Assembly: GCA_963848735.1 (NCBI GenBank)
Contig: CAWKEP010000010.1
Span: 305,083 to 369,082 of the forward strand
Direction of reading: 5' to 3'
From: Bryobacterales bacterium
GTDB taxonomy: Bacteria; Acidobacteriota; Terriglobia; Bryobacterales; Bryobacteraceae
DNA: 64,000 nt
This document shows, one piece after another, positions 48,496-59,732 of the stretch; position 1 is the stretch's first letter, and the number at the start of each line of letters is the position of its first letter. The translations under genes and the position numbers were made by a program. The notes under the pieces are model-generated. The model saw only the letters and a list, made by a program, of their open reading frames with translations. It made no database searches and was not told the origin of the DNA.

Positions 48496-49469
48496 TCAAG
48501 AGGTGTTACGTAAACCTTCGCGTTCCAGGATCGCGAGCGCCTCGGTCTGTACTCGCAGGTCATCACCGAAGCCGGCCAGCCAGTGTACTCCTTGTTCTTT
48601 TCGAAACCAGGTTAGCTGGCGCTTAGCGTACTGCCTGGTTTCAACCTGCGTGGATTCCAGCGCCTGCTCGGACGTGAGCTTCTCTTCCACCAGCTGCAAG
48701 GCTTGCTTATAACCAAGGGACTCGAAGGGCTTCGCTTCGCGCGAAACTCCACGTGCCAGCAGATTCCGTACTTCGTCCAACAAACCGCGCTCAAACATGG
48801 AACGCGTGCGAGCATTCAAGCGCGAGTGCAGCAGGTCGCGTGGCGGATCCAGCCCAAGCTTGATCGCTCGAAAGCCGGCTTAGCGGGGCGCGTCCCCGCT
48901 CAAACAATGAGGACAGAGACTGACCCGCAATCAACCGAACCTCCAGCGCCCGCATGGTTTTGTTCTTGTCGTTGGGATGAATGCGTGCGCCCGCCGTCAG
49001 GATCAAGACGAGCTAGTATCCGATGTAAACTTCCCGAGCGGCGTTCCTCGCGACGCTGCAGCCGCGAGCGAAGCGCTTCGTCGCGCGACGGCCCCGGGAA
49101 CAATCCGTCCAGCAGCGCGCGCAGATAAAAGCCGGTGCCGCCGGCCATCACGGGAACGCGTCCGCGGCCAGTAATCTCTCTCAGGGTCTGCTCGGCCAGT
49201 CGCGCGTAGTCACCAGCGGTGAACAACTGGTCGGGATCAGTCACATCGATCAAATGATGCGGTATACCCTGCCGTTCCGCGGCCGGGACTTTGGCCGTAC
49301 CAATGTCAAAGCCGCGATAAACTTGCAACGAATCGCAGTTGACGATCTCGCCGCCCAGCGCCAATGCCAGCCGCATCGCCAACTCGCTCTTGCCCGAGCC
49401 GGTGGGCCCCACTATGACCGGAAGGGCGATGAGCTTCTCTATCGCGTTCATGCGCACGTTCGTCAGCAT
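48496..49469 (-). pseudogene. miaA: tRNA dimethylallyltransferase, frame breaks at ~49005 and ~48835
   Basis: VIVGPTGSGKS, NCDSLQVYRGFDIGTAK, HHLID and AGGTGFYLRALL are in ORF 48900..50102. IHPND..R..RALEV is in ORF 48791..49006. YAKRQ.TWFR is in ORF 48496..48819. Start is ATG 49469 or 49451. Confidence 0.85.
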
Positions 49470-49589
49470 GATAACGCGGCTTTGCGACCCATTCCGCGAC
49501 CTGGTCCGGACTTCGGGGTTATACTGTAAACGAGTCCGTCTGTCCTTGGACGAAGCGTCGCCCAAGGTAAGGAAAGAGAGCCTTTTTCG

Positions 49590-51635
49590 ATGATCCCAAC
49601 TCGCCGGTTGGCAAGCCTCCCCTGTCTTCTTTTGGCGGTCTCGGCTGCCTTCGCGCAAAATACCCCTCCGGCTCCCCAACCCGCCGCGCAGGGCGACAAA
49701 GCAGCAGCGTACTACGACTATGCGCTGGGACATCTGTATTCGGAATTGGCGGCGGCCTACGGCAATCGCGGCGAATACTTCAACAAGGCGGCAGAGAGTT
49801 ATCGCGCAGCGCTGAAGGCCGATCCGGGCGCCACCTTCATCGCCGAGGAACTTTCCGATTTGTACATCCAATCCGGCCGGCTGCGTGAAGCCGTGCTGGA
49901 TGCTGAAGAAGCTCTGAAGCAAAACCCCAACGATCTGAATTCGCGCCGCCTGCTCGCGCGCATCTACACCCACCTGATCGGCGATTCGCAAAACAATCAG
50001 ATCGATCCCGACATGGTGAAGAAGGCCATCGAGCAATATCAGAAAATCGCCGAAACCGATCCCAAGGATGTCGATAGCTGGATCATGCTGGGCCGCCTGC
50101 AAAAAGCGCTGCAGAACTCCACCGAAGCCCTGGCCGCATACAAAAAAGCGCTGGAGCTGGACGCAGGCAACGAAGACGCGATGACCGGTTTGGCCACCGT
50201 GTACGCGGACCTGGGCGACAACAAAGCAGCCGCCGAAATGCTACGGAAAGTGGCCGAAAAGGACCCCAATCCGCGCAGTTTAACGAGCCTGGCCGGCGTT
50301 TACGAGCAGTTGAAAGACTATCCCCTGGCCGCGGAGATGCTGCGCCGCGCTCTCGATCAACAGCCCGGCAATACCGACCTGAAGCACGCCCTGGCTGAAG
50401 ATTTGCTGCTCTCCGAACAGCTGGACGAGGCCCTGAAGCTGTACCAGGAGTCGGTGGCCGAAGATCCCAAGGACGAACACTCGCTGCTGAGAATTTCGCA
50501 GATCTACCGGCAAAAGCACGACTTCGCCAAGGCCCGGGAAGCCGCCGACAAAGCCAAGGAAATCGCGCCCGACGATTTGGAACTGCAGTTCAACGACGTC
50601 AATTTATTGGAAGCCGAAGGCAAGATTCCGGAAGCCATCAAGACCCTGAAAGGCATTCTGGAGGCCACCACCAAAAAGACCTACAGCGCCTCGGAAAAGA
50701 GCAGCCGCAGCTACCTGCTGCAAAGCCTGGCGGAATTGCAACGTACCATCGAGCAATACAATGCCGCTGTCGACGTATTCCATCAGCTCGCCGAGCTCGA
50801 TCCAGATTCCGGCGCACGCATTGCGGCGGAGATCATCGAAACTTACCGCGAGGCCAAGGAATATCCGAAAGCAGAGGCCGAAGGCGAGGCGGCTGCCAAG
50901 AAATACCCCAATGACCGCTTCGTTGTAAGCGCGCGCGCCTCCGTGCTTTCCGACTTGGGAAAGAACGACCAGGCGATAGCGGAAACCCGCAAGCTGCTCG
51001 GCGGCAAGAATGATCGCGAAGTTTATCTGAGCTTGGCCGACATCTATGAAAAGTCCAAGAACTTCGCCGAAATGGGCAAGGCTCTCGACGCCGCCGAGAA
51101 CCTCTCGCAATCCAGTGACGAGAAACAGACCTTGGCCTTCCGGCGCGGCGCCATGTATGAGCGCATGAAGAACTTTCCCGCCGCGGAAGCCGAATTTCGA
51201 AAAGTACTGGCAATCAATCCTGAGAACGACGCGGCGCTGAATTATCTGGGCTTTATGCTGGCGGACCGCAACGTCCGCCTGGACGAAGCTCGCGACATGA
51301 TCGTCAAGGCGCTGTCGCGCGAGCCCAACAGTGGCGCCTATTTGGACAGTTTGGGATGGGTGTACTTCCGCCAGAACAAACTGCCCGAAGCCGAGGACAA
51401 GCTGCGGGAGGCGTTGCAGTACATGTCGCGCGACCCTACCGTGCATGATCATCTGGCCGAGGTGTACTTCCGCGAGGGTAAAGTCCGCGAAGCCATCGCG
51501 CAATGGCAGAACTCGCTGCGAGAGTGGCAGTCCGGGCCGCCCAGTGACATGGATCACGCCGAGATAGCGAAAGTGCAAAAGAAGCTCGAAGACGCCAAAG
51601 TTCGCCTGGCTCGCGAAACGGGCGGCAAGCAGTAA
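49590..51635 (+). CDS. secreted tetratricopeptide-repeat protein (681 aa)
   Basis: Signal peptide, then TPR-type repeats throughout (e.g. AYKKALELDAGNEDAMTGLATVY, FRKVLAINPENDAALNYLGFML). Intact. Confidence 0.8.
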   Translation: MIPTRRLASLPCLLLAVSAAFAQNTPPAPQPAAQGDKAAAYYDYALGHLYSELAAAYGNRGEYFNKAAESYRAALKADPGATFIAEELSDLYIQSGRLREAVLDAEEALKQNPNDLNSRRLLARIYTHLIGDSQNNQIDPDMVKKAIEQYQKIAETDPKDVDSWIMLGRLQKALQNSTEALAAYKKALELDAGNEDAMTGLATVYADLGDNKAAAEMLRKVAEKDPNPRSLTSLAGVYEQLKDYPLAAEMLRRALDQQPGNTDLKHALAEDLLLSEQLDEALKLYQESVAEDPKDEHSLLRISQIYRQKHDFAKAREAADKAKEIAPDDLELQFNDVNLLEAEGKIPEAIKTLKGILEATTKKTYSASEKSSRSYLLQSLAELQRTIEQYNAAVDVFHQLAELDPDSGARIAAEIIETYREAKEYPKAEAEGEAAAKKYPNDRFVVSARASVLSDLGKNDQAIAETRKLLGGKNDREVYLSLADIYEKSKNFAEMGKALDAAENLSQSSDEKQTLAFRRGAMYERMKNFPAAEAEFRKVLAINPENDAALNYLGFMLADRNVRLDEARDMIVKALSREPNSGAYLDSLGWVYFRQNKLPEAEDKLREALQYMSRDPTVHDHLAEVYFREGKVREAIAQWQNSLREWQSGPPSDMDHAEIAKVQKKLEDAKVRLARETGGKQ

Positions 51636-51646
51636 GCTCGCAACGA

Positions 51647-52438
51647 ATGCGCTGGATCGCCCTCTTTCTGTTGGCCCCAATGGTGGCGCCCGCGCAAACC
51701 ACGGCCAATTCGCCTGAGCGTCTGAAGGCTTTCACCAGCCTGCCGGATTGGTCAGGCATCTGGCGAAACCGCAGCGCGGCATTGCTTGAAACCGAGGGGC
51801 CGGTGCAGTTGTTCAAGCCCGGCAATCGCGACCACCCGCCCTACAATCCCGAGTGGGAAGCCACTTACCAAACTAATCTGGTTCGCGCCGAACATCAGGG
51901 AGACCTGAACTTTCCTAATCCTCTGGTGGATTCTCATACGCTCTACTGCGCCGCCGGTATGCCTCGGCTGGTGGCCACGCCGTTCGATTACGAGTTCATC
52001 GTCACGCCAGAGAAAACCTGGATCGTCGTCGAAAAGGAAACGCGGCACATCTACACGGACGGACGTAAATTCCCTCCCGAGGACGAATTGTGGGGAACTC
52101 TGCTCGGGCGGTCCATTGGCCGCTGGGAAGGGCAGACGCTTGTGATCGAAACCATCTCGGTGAAAACCGGCCTGTGGGGCGACACCACGCCGGTCATGTT
52201 TAGCGACCAGGCGCGGTTCACCGAGCGCATCCGCCAGATCGACCCCAACACGCTTGAGAATCAGGTAACCGTCACCGATCCCATCGCGTTGACCAAGCCA
52301 TGGACTTTTGTGAAGCACTACACGCGAATGCGCGACCCGCGGGCCTGGGCGGCGGAACCGGAAATTTGCGGCGGCCCGGAGGATCGCAACCCGGTGGTGA
52401 ACGGCCGCGTCACGGTGGTTCTGCCCAAACCCAAGTAG
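51647..52438 (+). CDS. hypothetical secreted protein
   Basis: Intact 263-aa ORF with a signal peptide (MRWIALFLLAPMVAPAQ). No domain I can name. Confidence 0.6.
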   Translation: MRWIALFLLAPMVAPAQTTANSPERLKAFTSLPDWSGIWRNRSAALLETEGPVQLFKPGNRDHPPYNPEWEATYQTNLVRAEHQGDLNFPNPLVDSHTLYCAAGMPRLVATPFDYEFIVTPEKTWIVVEKETRHIYTDGRKFPPEDELWGTLLGRSIGRWEGQTLVIETISVKTGLWGDTTPVMFSDQARFTERIRQIDPNTLENQVTVTDPIALTKPWTFVKHYTRMRDPRAWAAEPEICGGPEDRNPVVNGRVTVVLPKPK

Positions 52439-52446
52439 ACTGTACA

Positions 52447-52818
52447 ATGGTTCTCGCGATGGAACATTTGGCTTGGGAATCCGTGCCGCTGGAAGTTTTG
52501 AGCGATCTCGTCTCGCGAAAAATCATTACCGGCGAAAAGGCCATGCTCGCGCAGATCTTCTTGAAAAAAGACGCTGTCGTGCCGGAGCATCACCACGAAA
52601 GTGAACAGCTAAGCTATGTGCTGGATGGCGCGATCAAGTTCGAGCTGGAAGGCCAGACGGTGGTGGTTCGGAAGGGCGAGGTGCTATGTATTCCGTCCCA
52701 TGTCCCGCATCGCGTGATCGCGCTTGAAGATAGCGTGGGTCTCGACATCTTTTCGCCCATCCGTAAAGACTGGCTGGCGAAGGACGATTCCTATCTGCGG
52801 CGCGGCGATCGCGTCTAG
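52447..52818 (+). CDS. cupin domain protein
   Basis: Start trimmed to MVLAMEHLAW. PEHHHESEQLSYVLDG......G..L.IPS.VPH is the two-motif cupin signature. Confidence 0.8.
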   Translation: MVLAMEHLAWESVPLEVLSDLVSRKIITGEKAMLAQIFLKKDAVVPEHHHESEQLSYVLDGAIKFELEGQTVVVRKGEVLCIPSHVPHRVIALEDSVGLDIFSPIRKDWLAKDDSYLRRGDRV

Positions 52819-52870
52819 CGCAAGCACGCTGGTTTCAAGTATGATAAATTTCCACGAATAGGAGACATTC

Positions 52871-53998
52871 ATGAAAAGTTACGTTGCGGGCCTGGCCTTG
52901 TTGATCCTCCCTGGTGTTTGGTCGTTGACTGCCCAGGAAAAGCAGAACTTTGTGATCAATGTAGGCACGCCCGAAGGGCAAATACTGCAGTCGCTTGGCC
53001 AGGAGACCGACGACGCCAGGAAGGTTTCCTTGGCTGAAGAGTTTCTCGCGAAATATCCCAAGAACGAGGCCGCCGGCTGGGTTGCCGCACAATTGGAGGC
53101 CGCCCTGCTGACGCAAAAGGATAACGATAAAGCGCTGCAGGTGGCCGAAGCCGCCTACGCCAACGGACCCGATATGGACGCCGCATACTTTGCTTTGAAA
53201 GCTGCGGTTGCTAAAGGGGATGCGGCCGAGGCGAAGAAGTGGTCGGCCCGGACATCGGAAGCCGCGCGCAAAATTGTCGCATCGACAAAGCCCACCGATG
53301 ATGAGGAAAAACATCAACTGGAATATGCCAAGGAGGTGGACGAGTATGCCGAATACGCTCTCTACGTGCTGGCGCTAAAGGCCCAGCCCAAGGAAGAAGT
53401 GGATCTGGTGGACACGCTGATCAAGCAGAATCCCAAGAGCCAGTATCTTCCGGAAGTCGCCAGCAGCTACTTCGCCGCGTTGGGCAAGGCCGGCGAAGCC
53501 TCGAAAGTGTGTCCCGCGGCCGACAAGATGGCCGTGGATAAGAATGCGGAAGCGATGCTTCAGGCCGCCGATTGCGCCTGGCGCGGTAACCGCGCAAGCA
53601 GCGTCATCAGCTATGCCGCCAAAGCTGCGGAAGCCGTCAACACGCGGGCCAAACGCGAAGGCGTCAGCGACTCCGATTGGGCCACCCAAAAATCCGTGCT
53701 GCTTGGGACCGCCAATTTTTACACCGGCGTCGGCAACGCCATGGAGATGAGATTCGGCCCCGCGAATAGGGCTCTGCGCGCCGCTCTGCCGGCCATCAAG
53801 GGGAACCCGCAGCTCTACTCGATCGCTCTGTTCGACCTTGGTCTGGCGAATTACAGCCTCGGCAAACCGCTGGGGGACAAAGCGCAAATGCGTGAGGGTT
53901 TGAAATTCTTCCAGCAATCCGCCGAAATGAGCGGCCCAATGCAGGATCAAGCTTCGCGCAACGCCAAGCTGGTGCTGGCCGAATTGGGCGGGAAGTAG
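52871..53998 (+). CDS. hypothetical secreted all-helical (TPR-like) protein
   Basis: 375-aa ORF with a signal peptide. Ala/Lys/Glu-rich helical repeats. GGAGA RBS upstream. Confidence 0.6.
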   Translation: MKSYVAGLALLILPGVWSLTAQEKQNFVINVGTPEGQILQSLGQETDDARKVSLAEEFLAKYPKNEAAGWVAAQLEAALLTQKDNDKALQVAEAAYANGPDMDAAYFALKAAVAKGDAAEAKKWSARTSEAARKIVASTKPTDDEEKHQLEYAKEVDEYAEYALYVLALKAQPKEEVDLVDTLIKQNPKSQYLPEVASSYFAALGKAGEASKVCPAADKMAVDKNAEAMLQAADCAWRGNRASSVISYAAKAAEAVNTRAKREGVSDSDWATQKSVLLGTANFYTGVGNAMEMRFGPANRALRAALPAIKGNPQLYSIALFDLGLANYSLGKPLGDKAQMREGLKFFQQSAEMSGPMQDQASRNAKLVLAELGGK

Positions 53999-54007
53999 CG
54001 CGACCAC

Positions 54008-54470
54008 CTATCCGCGCCGGTCGCGAATGACGATCGTTTCCGCCATCCGATCGTGAACCGTTCGCCGGTTCGGATGAATGAAGTACTGCACGAATCCGAA
54101 CCCGAATTCGAGCGCTGAAGCGCCATATCCAAGCGCGCGCTCGATGGAATGCCAAAGCGACATCTTGTGATGGACCAATGAAACCACGCGGATGCCCATC
54201 ACCCGCTTCCCTATCGTGCTGCCGTTGCCAAAGTAGACCGACAGCCCGAAGAAAAGCACCAGATAGACGACGCTGTACCAGTTCTCGAAGAAGTTCAGTT
54301 CAATGTTGAGATGCTCGATTGTTCTGCCCGAGACTGGTGTAGCGGTTGGCAAGCTTGAAAAAGGACAAGAGAACGCCCAGGAAGAGCGCTCCGGCGATTA
54401 CGAAATCGATGGCGAACGCGACGGCTCTTGACGTGAACGAAGCCAGTTCGCGGCCATCGAGCTCCTGCAT
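54008..54470 (-). pseudogene. RDD family membrane protein, frame broken near 54325
   Basis: ASFTSRAVAFAIDFVIAG is in ORF 54300..54557 (start trimmed to MQELDGR, ATG 54470). IEHLNIELNFFENW...STIGKRVMGIRVV...RRTVHDRMAETIV is in ORF 54008..54352. Confidence 0.7.
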
Positions 54471-54504
54471 CCGCTCGGTCTCGTGGGCGTGATAGAGGCG
54501 CGGG

Positions 54505-56228
54505 CTATCCGGCAATGCCTTTCCAGTTCTTTGACTAAGTGCTCGGCTGTCCTCCACGCCAGCGCTTGCATCGTTAGCGTGGGATTACGCGCGCCGCTGG
54601 TTCCAAACACCGAACCGCCCAGCATTCCCAGATTCGGCGCTTCGTGCGAAAAGCCCCACTTGTCCACGACGTTGGTCTCGGGATTGTCGCCCATGCGCGT
54701 CCCGCCGTAGGTGTGCGTCGATAACCCGGGCCCAACTGGCTGCCCCTTCACCACTTCGATGGCGCCGGCCGCGCGGTACCATTCTTCCATTTTGTTCTGC
54801 GCATAAATCGCCGCACGCGTCTCGTTTTCCTTGGGACCGCTGGTAACGCGGCACACCGGATCGCCCAGAGGATCCTTCACCTCCGGATCAAGATCCAGAT
54901 ACGTGTTCTCGTAAGGAAAACTGTTGGTCTGCAGATAAGACGCCGGTAAAGCGGCCTGCATTTTCGTGCACGAACTGCTTCCACTTCGATCCCCACCCGG
55001 GCGCGCGCCCGAACGTCAGCATGCTCGCCGCCGCAATGGGATGCTTTTCCATGTACGTGCACAGGCTCGCGCCGCCGATGAACCCAAGCCCGGAATGATC
55101 GAATGTATCGTCGGCCCATTCATCGATCACCACGCCTTGCGAAAGCATCGCGCCGTACCAGGTGTTGACGTCCATCGGAAACAGCGCCGTCACGCCCACG
55201 CCCGCCTGCGCGTCCCAGTGCCCGAAGTAGTGCTTGCCCACTTGGCCGTGATTGTTCGAAAGTCCGTTCGGATACGCTTTCGATTTCGAAAGCAGCAGCA
55301 GCCGCGTGTTCTCGTACGTGTAGGAGGCCACCAGCACCACTTTCGCCGGCTGAAAATATTCTTTGCCCTCGCGAATGTACAGGACGCCCGTCACTTTGCC
55401 GTTGCCGTCCGCCACAATCCGCGTCACCTGCGCCTTGTCGAAAATCGTCAGGTTCTTGGTCTTCTGCGCTTCGGGAATGGTGGTGAAGCAGGTCGAATTC
55501 TTGGCGCGGACGTGGCATCCGCCGCGATCGCAATAGCCGTGATACGCGCAGGCCGCCCGTCCGCGATAGGGCTGCGAATTGATCGCCGAAGGCGCGTGAA
55601 ACGGCTTCCACCCCAGCGATTTCGCGGCCTTGTGCATGTGATCCAGAAAATCGCATGGTCCGCAGCGGCGGCATCGGATACTCGCGCTGCCGCGGACCTT
55701 CGTAAACATTGCCCGCCGGATCCAGCGTGCCCTGAATATTGCCCGCCTTGCCCGAAACGCCGACTTCATGCTCGACGATGTCGTAGTACGGCTCCAGTTC
55801 GTCGTAGCTGACCGGCCAATCCTCGAGCGTCGATCCCTTCGGGAAGCAGACTCGCGCCATAGCGCTTGATGGTTTCCGAGCGCGTCTTGAAATCCCAAGG
55901 CTTCAGCCGCCAGCTTTGCGCATGATAGTGAATCGACGTGCCGCCGACGGCGTTCATCATCGGATGCGTTGCGCCTTGCCGTGCCTGTGACATCTGGGCT
56001 GGTGCGAAACGTCGGGATTTCGCTCTTGGCCTTGGGCACGGTGGTCACCAGGCCGCGCACGTTGTTGTGAATTTCGTCCGGCTTGAAATCCTTGGCCGGA
56101 TCCATCCACGTGCCGGCTTCGATCCCGGCCACTTTCAATCCCGCGCGCGCCAGCGGCAGCACCGCCACGCCACCCGCCGCGCCCAATCCCACCACGGCCA
56201 CATCCACCGGCTTGAGATTAATGGCCAT
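54505..56228 (-). pseudogene. GMC-family FAD oxidoreductase (large subunit of a gluconate-2-dehydrogenase-type enzyme), about 5 frame breaks
   Basis: VDVAVVGLGAAGG (FAD fold) at the N-terminus. Pieces lie in ORFs 54888..56228, 55766..55993, 55120..55860 and 54398..54961. The true tail ...AEHLVKNWKGIAG* stops at 54505-54507 in yet another frame. Confidence 0.8.
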
Positions 56229-56812
56229 GGCCTTCTCCCGACGCGCCGTACGCGGAATGATGATACGGCTTGATCTCCACGCCCATCTTCTGATCGTCCG
56301 GCGAGGTGGCCAGGCGCGGGCCAGGATACTTGATCAAATCCCAACCGGCGAAATTCTTGTTGCCGCCGTAGTATGGATCGCCGAACATCCCTTCCAGCGT
56401 CGAGCCGCCGCGCCCGATTGAAGAACGCCCGCGCGGTTGGAAACCCTTCGGCCGAGCCCTCGTCCATCGACATCAGCAGCGCGTCTTGCTGAACCGGCGT
56501 TAGATCCACGAACGAGGCTTTCTGCGTACGGCGCGCCAGCGCGTCGGTGGCTTCCAAGCCTTCGATGAACGCGGCTCTTTCGCCCGCCAGATAACCGCCC
56601 AGCGAACGACTGATATACACCGGGACGTCTGATTCCGACGCGCTCGGCCCAAGTTCATCCTTGGGAATAATACGATCGACGAACGCCGCCAGAATCCGAA
56701 GCTGTGAGGCAGAAAGGGCCGATTCGGGCTGAGCCGTAGCTGTAAGCGCAGCGACCGGAATGATCGCCGCGCTGATAATTACCGCACGCCGGGAGATTTC
56801 GTCGGGAGGCAT
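56218..56812 (-). pseudogene. gluconate 2-dehydrogenase subunit-3-like small subunit with TAT signal, frame broken near 56425
   Basis: MPPDEISRRAVIISAAIIPVAALTATA...LAAFVDRIIP. After ...FFNRARRL the tail TLEGMFGDPYYGGNKNFAGWDLIKYPGPR...GEGHGH* reads in the adjacent frame. Its stop overlaps the GMC start (ATGGCCATTAA). Confidence 0.75.
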
Positions 56813-57378
56813 TAGCGATGGAACAGGCCGTTGTAAACGCCGCTCGCGAGAATATGTCCGCCCAGCGCCTTTTCCAAATCCGCGCGCCCGGCCGTCGCCG
56901 GAAGATCCAGCTTCGAATCCAGAGCATAAACCTCCAGCGTGTAGTGATGCGGCAGTCCCGGCGGCGGGCAAGGACCCATGTAGGCATTTCCGCGCGCAAT
57001 ATTGGCGCCTTGTTTCGTACCGTCAGCCAGATCGCCAGCTGCCACGCCTGCCGGTAAGCCCGTAGCAGTGGCGGGAATGTTCCAAGCAATCCAGTGCGTC
57101 ACGTCAGCGAACGTTTTTCCCGGATGCACATCGCCATCGTGAAAAATCAAGGCATACGACATGGTCCCGGCCGGCGCTCCGCTCCAATCGATTTGCGGAG
57201 AACCTCCCGGAGGCTTCACCGCGCAGGTGAACTTCTCTGGAATATCGCCGCCGTCGCTATAGCCGGATACGGTGATCTTCAACGGCGAAGGGATCCCGCC
57301 TCCAGGTCCCCTGTTCTGTGCAAAAGCAGCGCTGGCGCAGATAGCCATAGACGCCGCGAAAATGGTCAAAGATCGCAT
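56812..57378 (-). CDS. YbhB/YbcL (PEBP / Raf-kinase-inhibitor-like) family protein with signal peptide
   Basis: SPQIDWSG.P.GT.SYALIFHD.D, HW.AWNIP, GPCPPPG.PHHY.LEVYALD. TAATG overlap with the downstream small-subunit gene. Confidence 0.85.
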   Translation of the reverse strand: MRSLTIFAASMAICASAAFAQNRGPGGGIPSPLKITVSGYSDGGDIPEKFTCAVKPPGGSPQIDWSGAPAGTMSYALIFHDGDVHPGKTFADVTHWIAWNIPATATGLPAGVAAGDLADGTKQGANIARGNAYMGPCPPPGLPHHYTLEVYALDSKLDLPATAGRADLEKALGGHILASGVYNGLFHR

Positions 57379-57390
57379 TCGATTGTTCTC

Positions 57391-58708
57391 CTATTTACCT
57401 ATGTAACTTACGCGCCAAATGGCCTTGTAGCCATCGTCGGTGAAATACAGCGAGCCATCCTTCGCCACCATCGTCGCCACAGGCCGGCCCCAAGCATTGC
57501 CGTCCGGCGTGACGAATCCGGTGATGAAATCCTCGTACACTCCGCTGGCATGCCCGTTTTCCAGGGGAACGCGTACGACTTCGTAGCCCGCCCGCGTGGA
57601 TCGGTTCCATGATCCGTGCTCCGCGCCAAACAGATCGCCGCGATATTCCTTCGGGAATTGTGTACCCTCGTAAAACGTGATGCCGAGCGACGCGTTGTGT
57701 GGTTGCATCAACACGTCCGGAACGATCACCTTATCCTTCAGTTCCGGATGTGTCCCTTCCAGCCGCGGATCCTGATGCGCGCCCATGTAGAACCAAGGCC
57801 AGCCATAGAAGCCGCCCTCTTGTACGTGTGTGATGTAGTCGGGCACCAGGTTATCGCCCAGTTGATCGCGCTCGTTCACCGAGCACCACACTTCGCCCGT
57901 CGCCGGATTCACCGCCAGTCCCACCGGATTGCGAATGCCCGCGGCATAAATCTGAACGAACTTGCCTTCGGGCGTGTATTCAAGAATATTGGCGCGATGG
58001 AGTTCCTTCGGATGCGTAGTCCGGATCGTCCACGTTCGAGGCCGAACCCACCGCGACGAACATGCGCTTGCCGTCTTTTGAAAACACCACGTCGCGCGTC
58101 CAATGGCCTCCTCCCTCCGGAAGTTCAGGAATGATCGTCTCGGCTGCTCCCATCGCCTTCAAATCGCCATTGTGATACGGGAAGCGTACCAATGAATTCG
58201 TGTTGCCAATATAGATCCACTGCGGATTGGCGCCCAAAGGGTAAAATGCGATCCCGAACGGCCGCTTCAATCCGGTGGCGAATGTGGAAACCTGCTCCGG
58301 CTTGCCAGCCGCGGTCCGGCCCCGGAAGATCTTGATCTCTCCCGGCGTGCTGTCCGCGACAAAGAAATCCCCATTCGGCGCCATTCGCATCTGCCGCGGC
58401 TCGGTAAGCCCTTCATGGACGTACAGCTCCACCTTAAACCCGGCAGGCGCCTGAGGCCACATGTTGTCCGGCTTCGGAACGACCTTTGGAAAATTCGCGC
58501 TCGACTTGGTGTCGTACGGCTTCGGAAGATCGGCGGCCATAATCTTATGGAACAGCCCGGGCTTTTGCTTTTGATAATCGGAGAAAGCCTGCTGGCCGGT
58601 GAGAAGATCCTTGCTGTCGAACTTGTCGCTCTTCCCTCCGGCGGCTTGTAACATCCAAGCGGCGACCACAAAGAGCCCGGCGGAGACTATCCAGTGCAGC
58701 TTCATCAT
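57391..58708 (-). pseudogene. PQQ-dependent sugar dehydrogenase (sGDH / sorbosone dehydrogenase-like beta-propeller), frame broken near 58018
   Basis: RMAPNGDFFVADS, RPFGIAFYP, GGGHWTRDVVFS.DGK.MFVAVGSASN are in ORF 57980..58708. THPKELHRANILEYTPEGK..., GIRNPVGLAVNP.TGE.W...ERD.LGD..PDY, GGFYGWPW are in the adjacent frame. Confidence 0.8.
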
Positions 58709-58850
58709 CTTGCCTCCAGCGACCGCCTATTATATCAGTGGTTTCTGGGCCGCTCTAAGCAAGGGAGTCCGGCATCTACAGTACCCTCCCGCCTCTGCCG
58801 ATCAATAAAGGGCAAGCTAAGCAACTTTAGGTCCCAGGAGAACTCGGCAC

Positions 58851-59732
58851 GTGTTTCCCATCATCGGCATTTTCGTAGTTCTCGGCTGTATCGCCGGCGG
58901 CTATATGATGGAAAAAGGGAACTTTATGGTTCTCATGCAGCCCGCCGAGCTGATCATCATTCTCGGCGCCGCGCTCGGAACGGTCCTCATCGGGAACCCG
59001 CTTTATATCCTGAAGTCGATCGTCTCCAGTTTGATCCAAGTACTTAAGGGTAGCCGTTATACTTCCGCCATCTATCTGGATACACTGCGCTTCCTGAACG
59101 ACTTTTTCAGCACCTCGCGAAAAAACGGCATCACCGCGCTCGAGCAAGATTTGGACGAGCCGGAAAAGAGCGCCCTGTTCAAACGCCACCCCAACTTCGC
59201 CTCCGACAAAGAAGCGCTGCACTTCTTCTGCGATACCATGCGAACCCTGCTCGCGGGCGGCGTGGAAGTCCACGATCTGGATCAGATCATGGAAACCGAT
59301 CTGGAAGTCCTGCACAAGCAGGCTCTCCTTCCCGCGGCCGCTATCAACACCATGGCCGACAGTCTTCCTGGCCTCGGCATCGTGGCCGCTGTCTTGGGCG
59401 TTGTGATCACCATGAGCGCCTTGGGTGGTCCGCCCGAAGAAATCGGACACAAAGTGGCCTCCGCGTTGGTGGGAACGTTTCTCGGAATTCTCCTGTGCTA
59501 CGGCTTTCTAGGGCCGATTGCCGCCAACATCAAGAAAATCGTCAACGCCGAGAGCGAGTATTTCCTGGCGCTGCGCATGGGACTGCTGGCCTTCATGAAA
59601 GGCGTGCCGCCCATCCTGGCTCTGGAGGCGGCACGGCGCGCTATCCCTCACCACGTCAGACCGTCCTTCCAGGAAATGGACAAGGCGTGCCGGAAGCCCG
59701 CCGGAGCTCCCGCGTCCGAGGCGGCGGCTTGA
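58851..59732 (+). CDS. motA: MotA-type stator / proton-channel protein
   Basis: 293 aa (MotA length). Two N-terminal and two C-terminal TM helices with a large cytoplasmic loop. SLPGLGIVAAVLGVV and ALVGTFLGILLCYGF. GTG start with AGGAG upstream. TTGA overlap with motB. Confidence 0.8.
   Translation: MFPIIGIFVVLGCIAGGYMMEKGNFMVLMQPAELIIILGAALGTVLIGNPLYILKSIVSSLIQVLKGSRYTSAIYLDTLRFLNDFFSTSRKNGITALEQDLDEPEKSALFKRHPNFASDKEALHFFCDTMRTLLAGGVEVHDLDQIMETDLEVLHKQALLPAAAINTMADSLPGLGIVAAVLGVVITMSALGGPPEEIGHKVASALVGTFLGILLCYGFLGPIAANIKKIVNAESEYFLALRMGLLAFMKGVPPILALEAARRAIPHHVRPSFQEMDKACRKPAGAPASEAAA

Noticed and set aside
49470-50102. N-terminal ~210 aa of ORF 48900..50102(-), upstream of the miaA P-loop.
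   Set aside because: The region has a low-complexity translation and overlaps the well-supported plus-strand TPR gene (49590..51635). MiaA homology begins at MNAIEKLIALPVIVGPTGSGKS.
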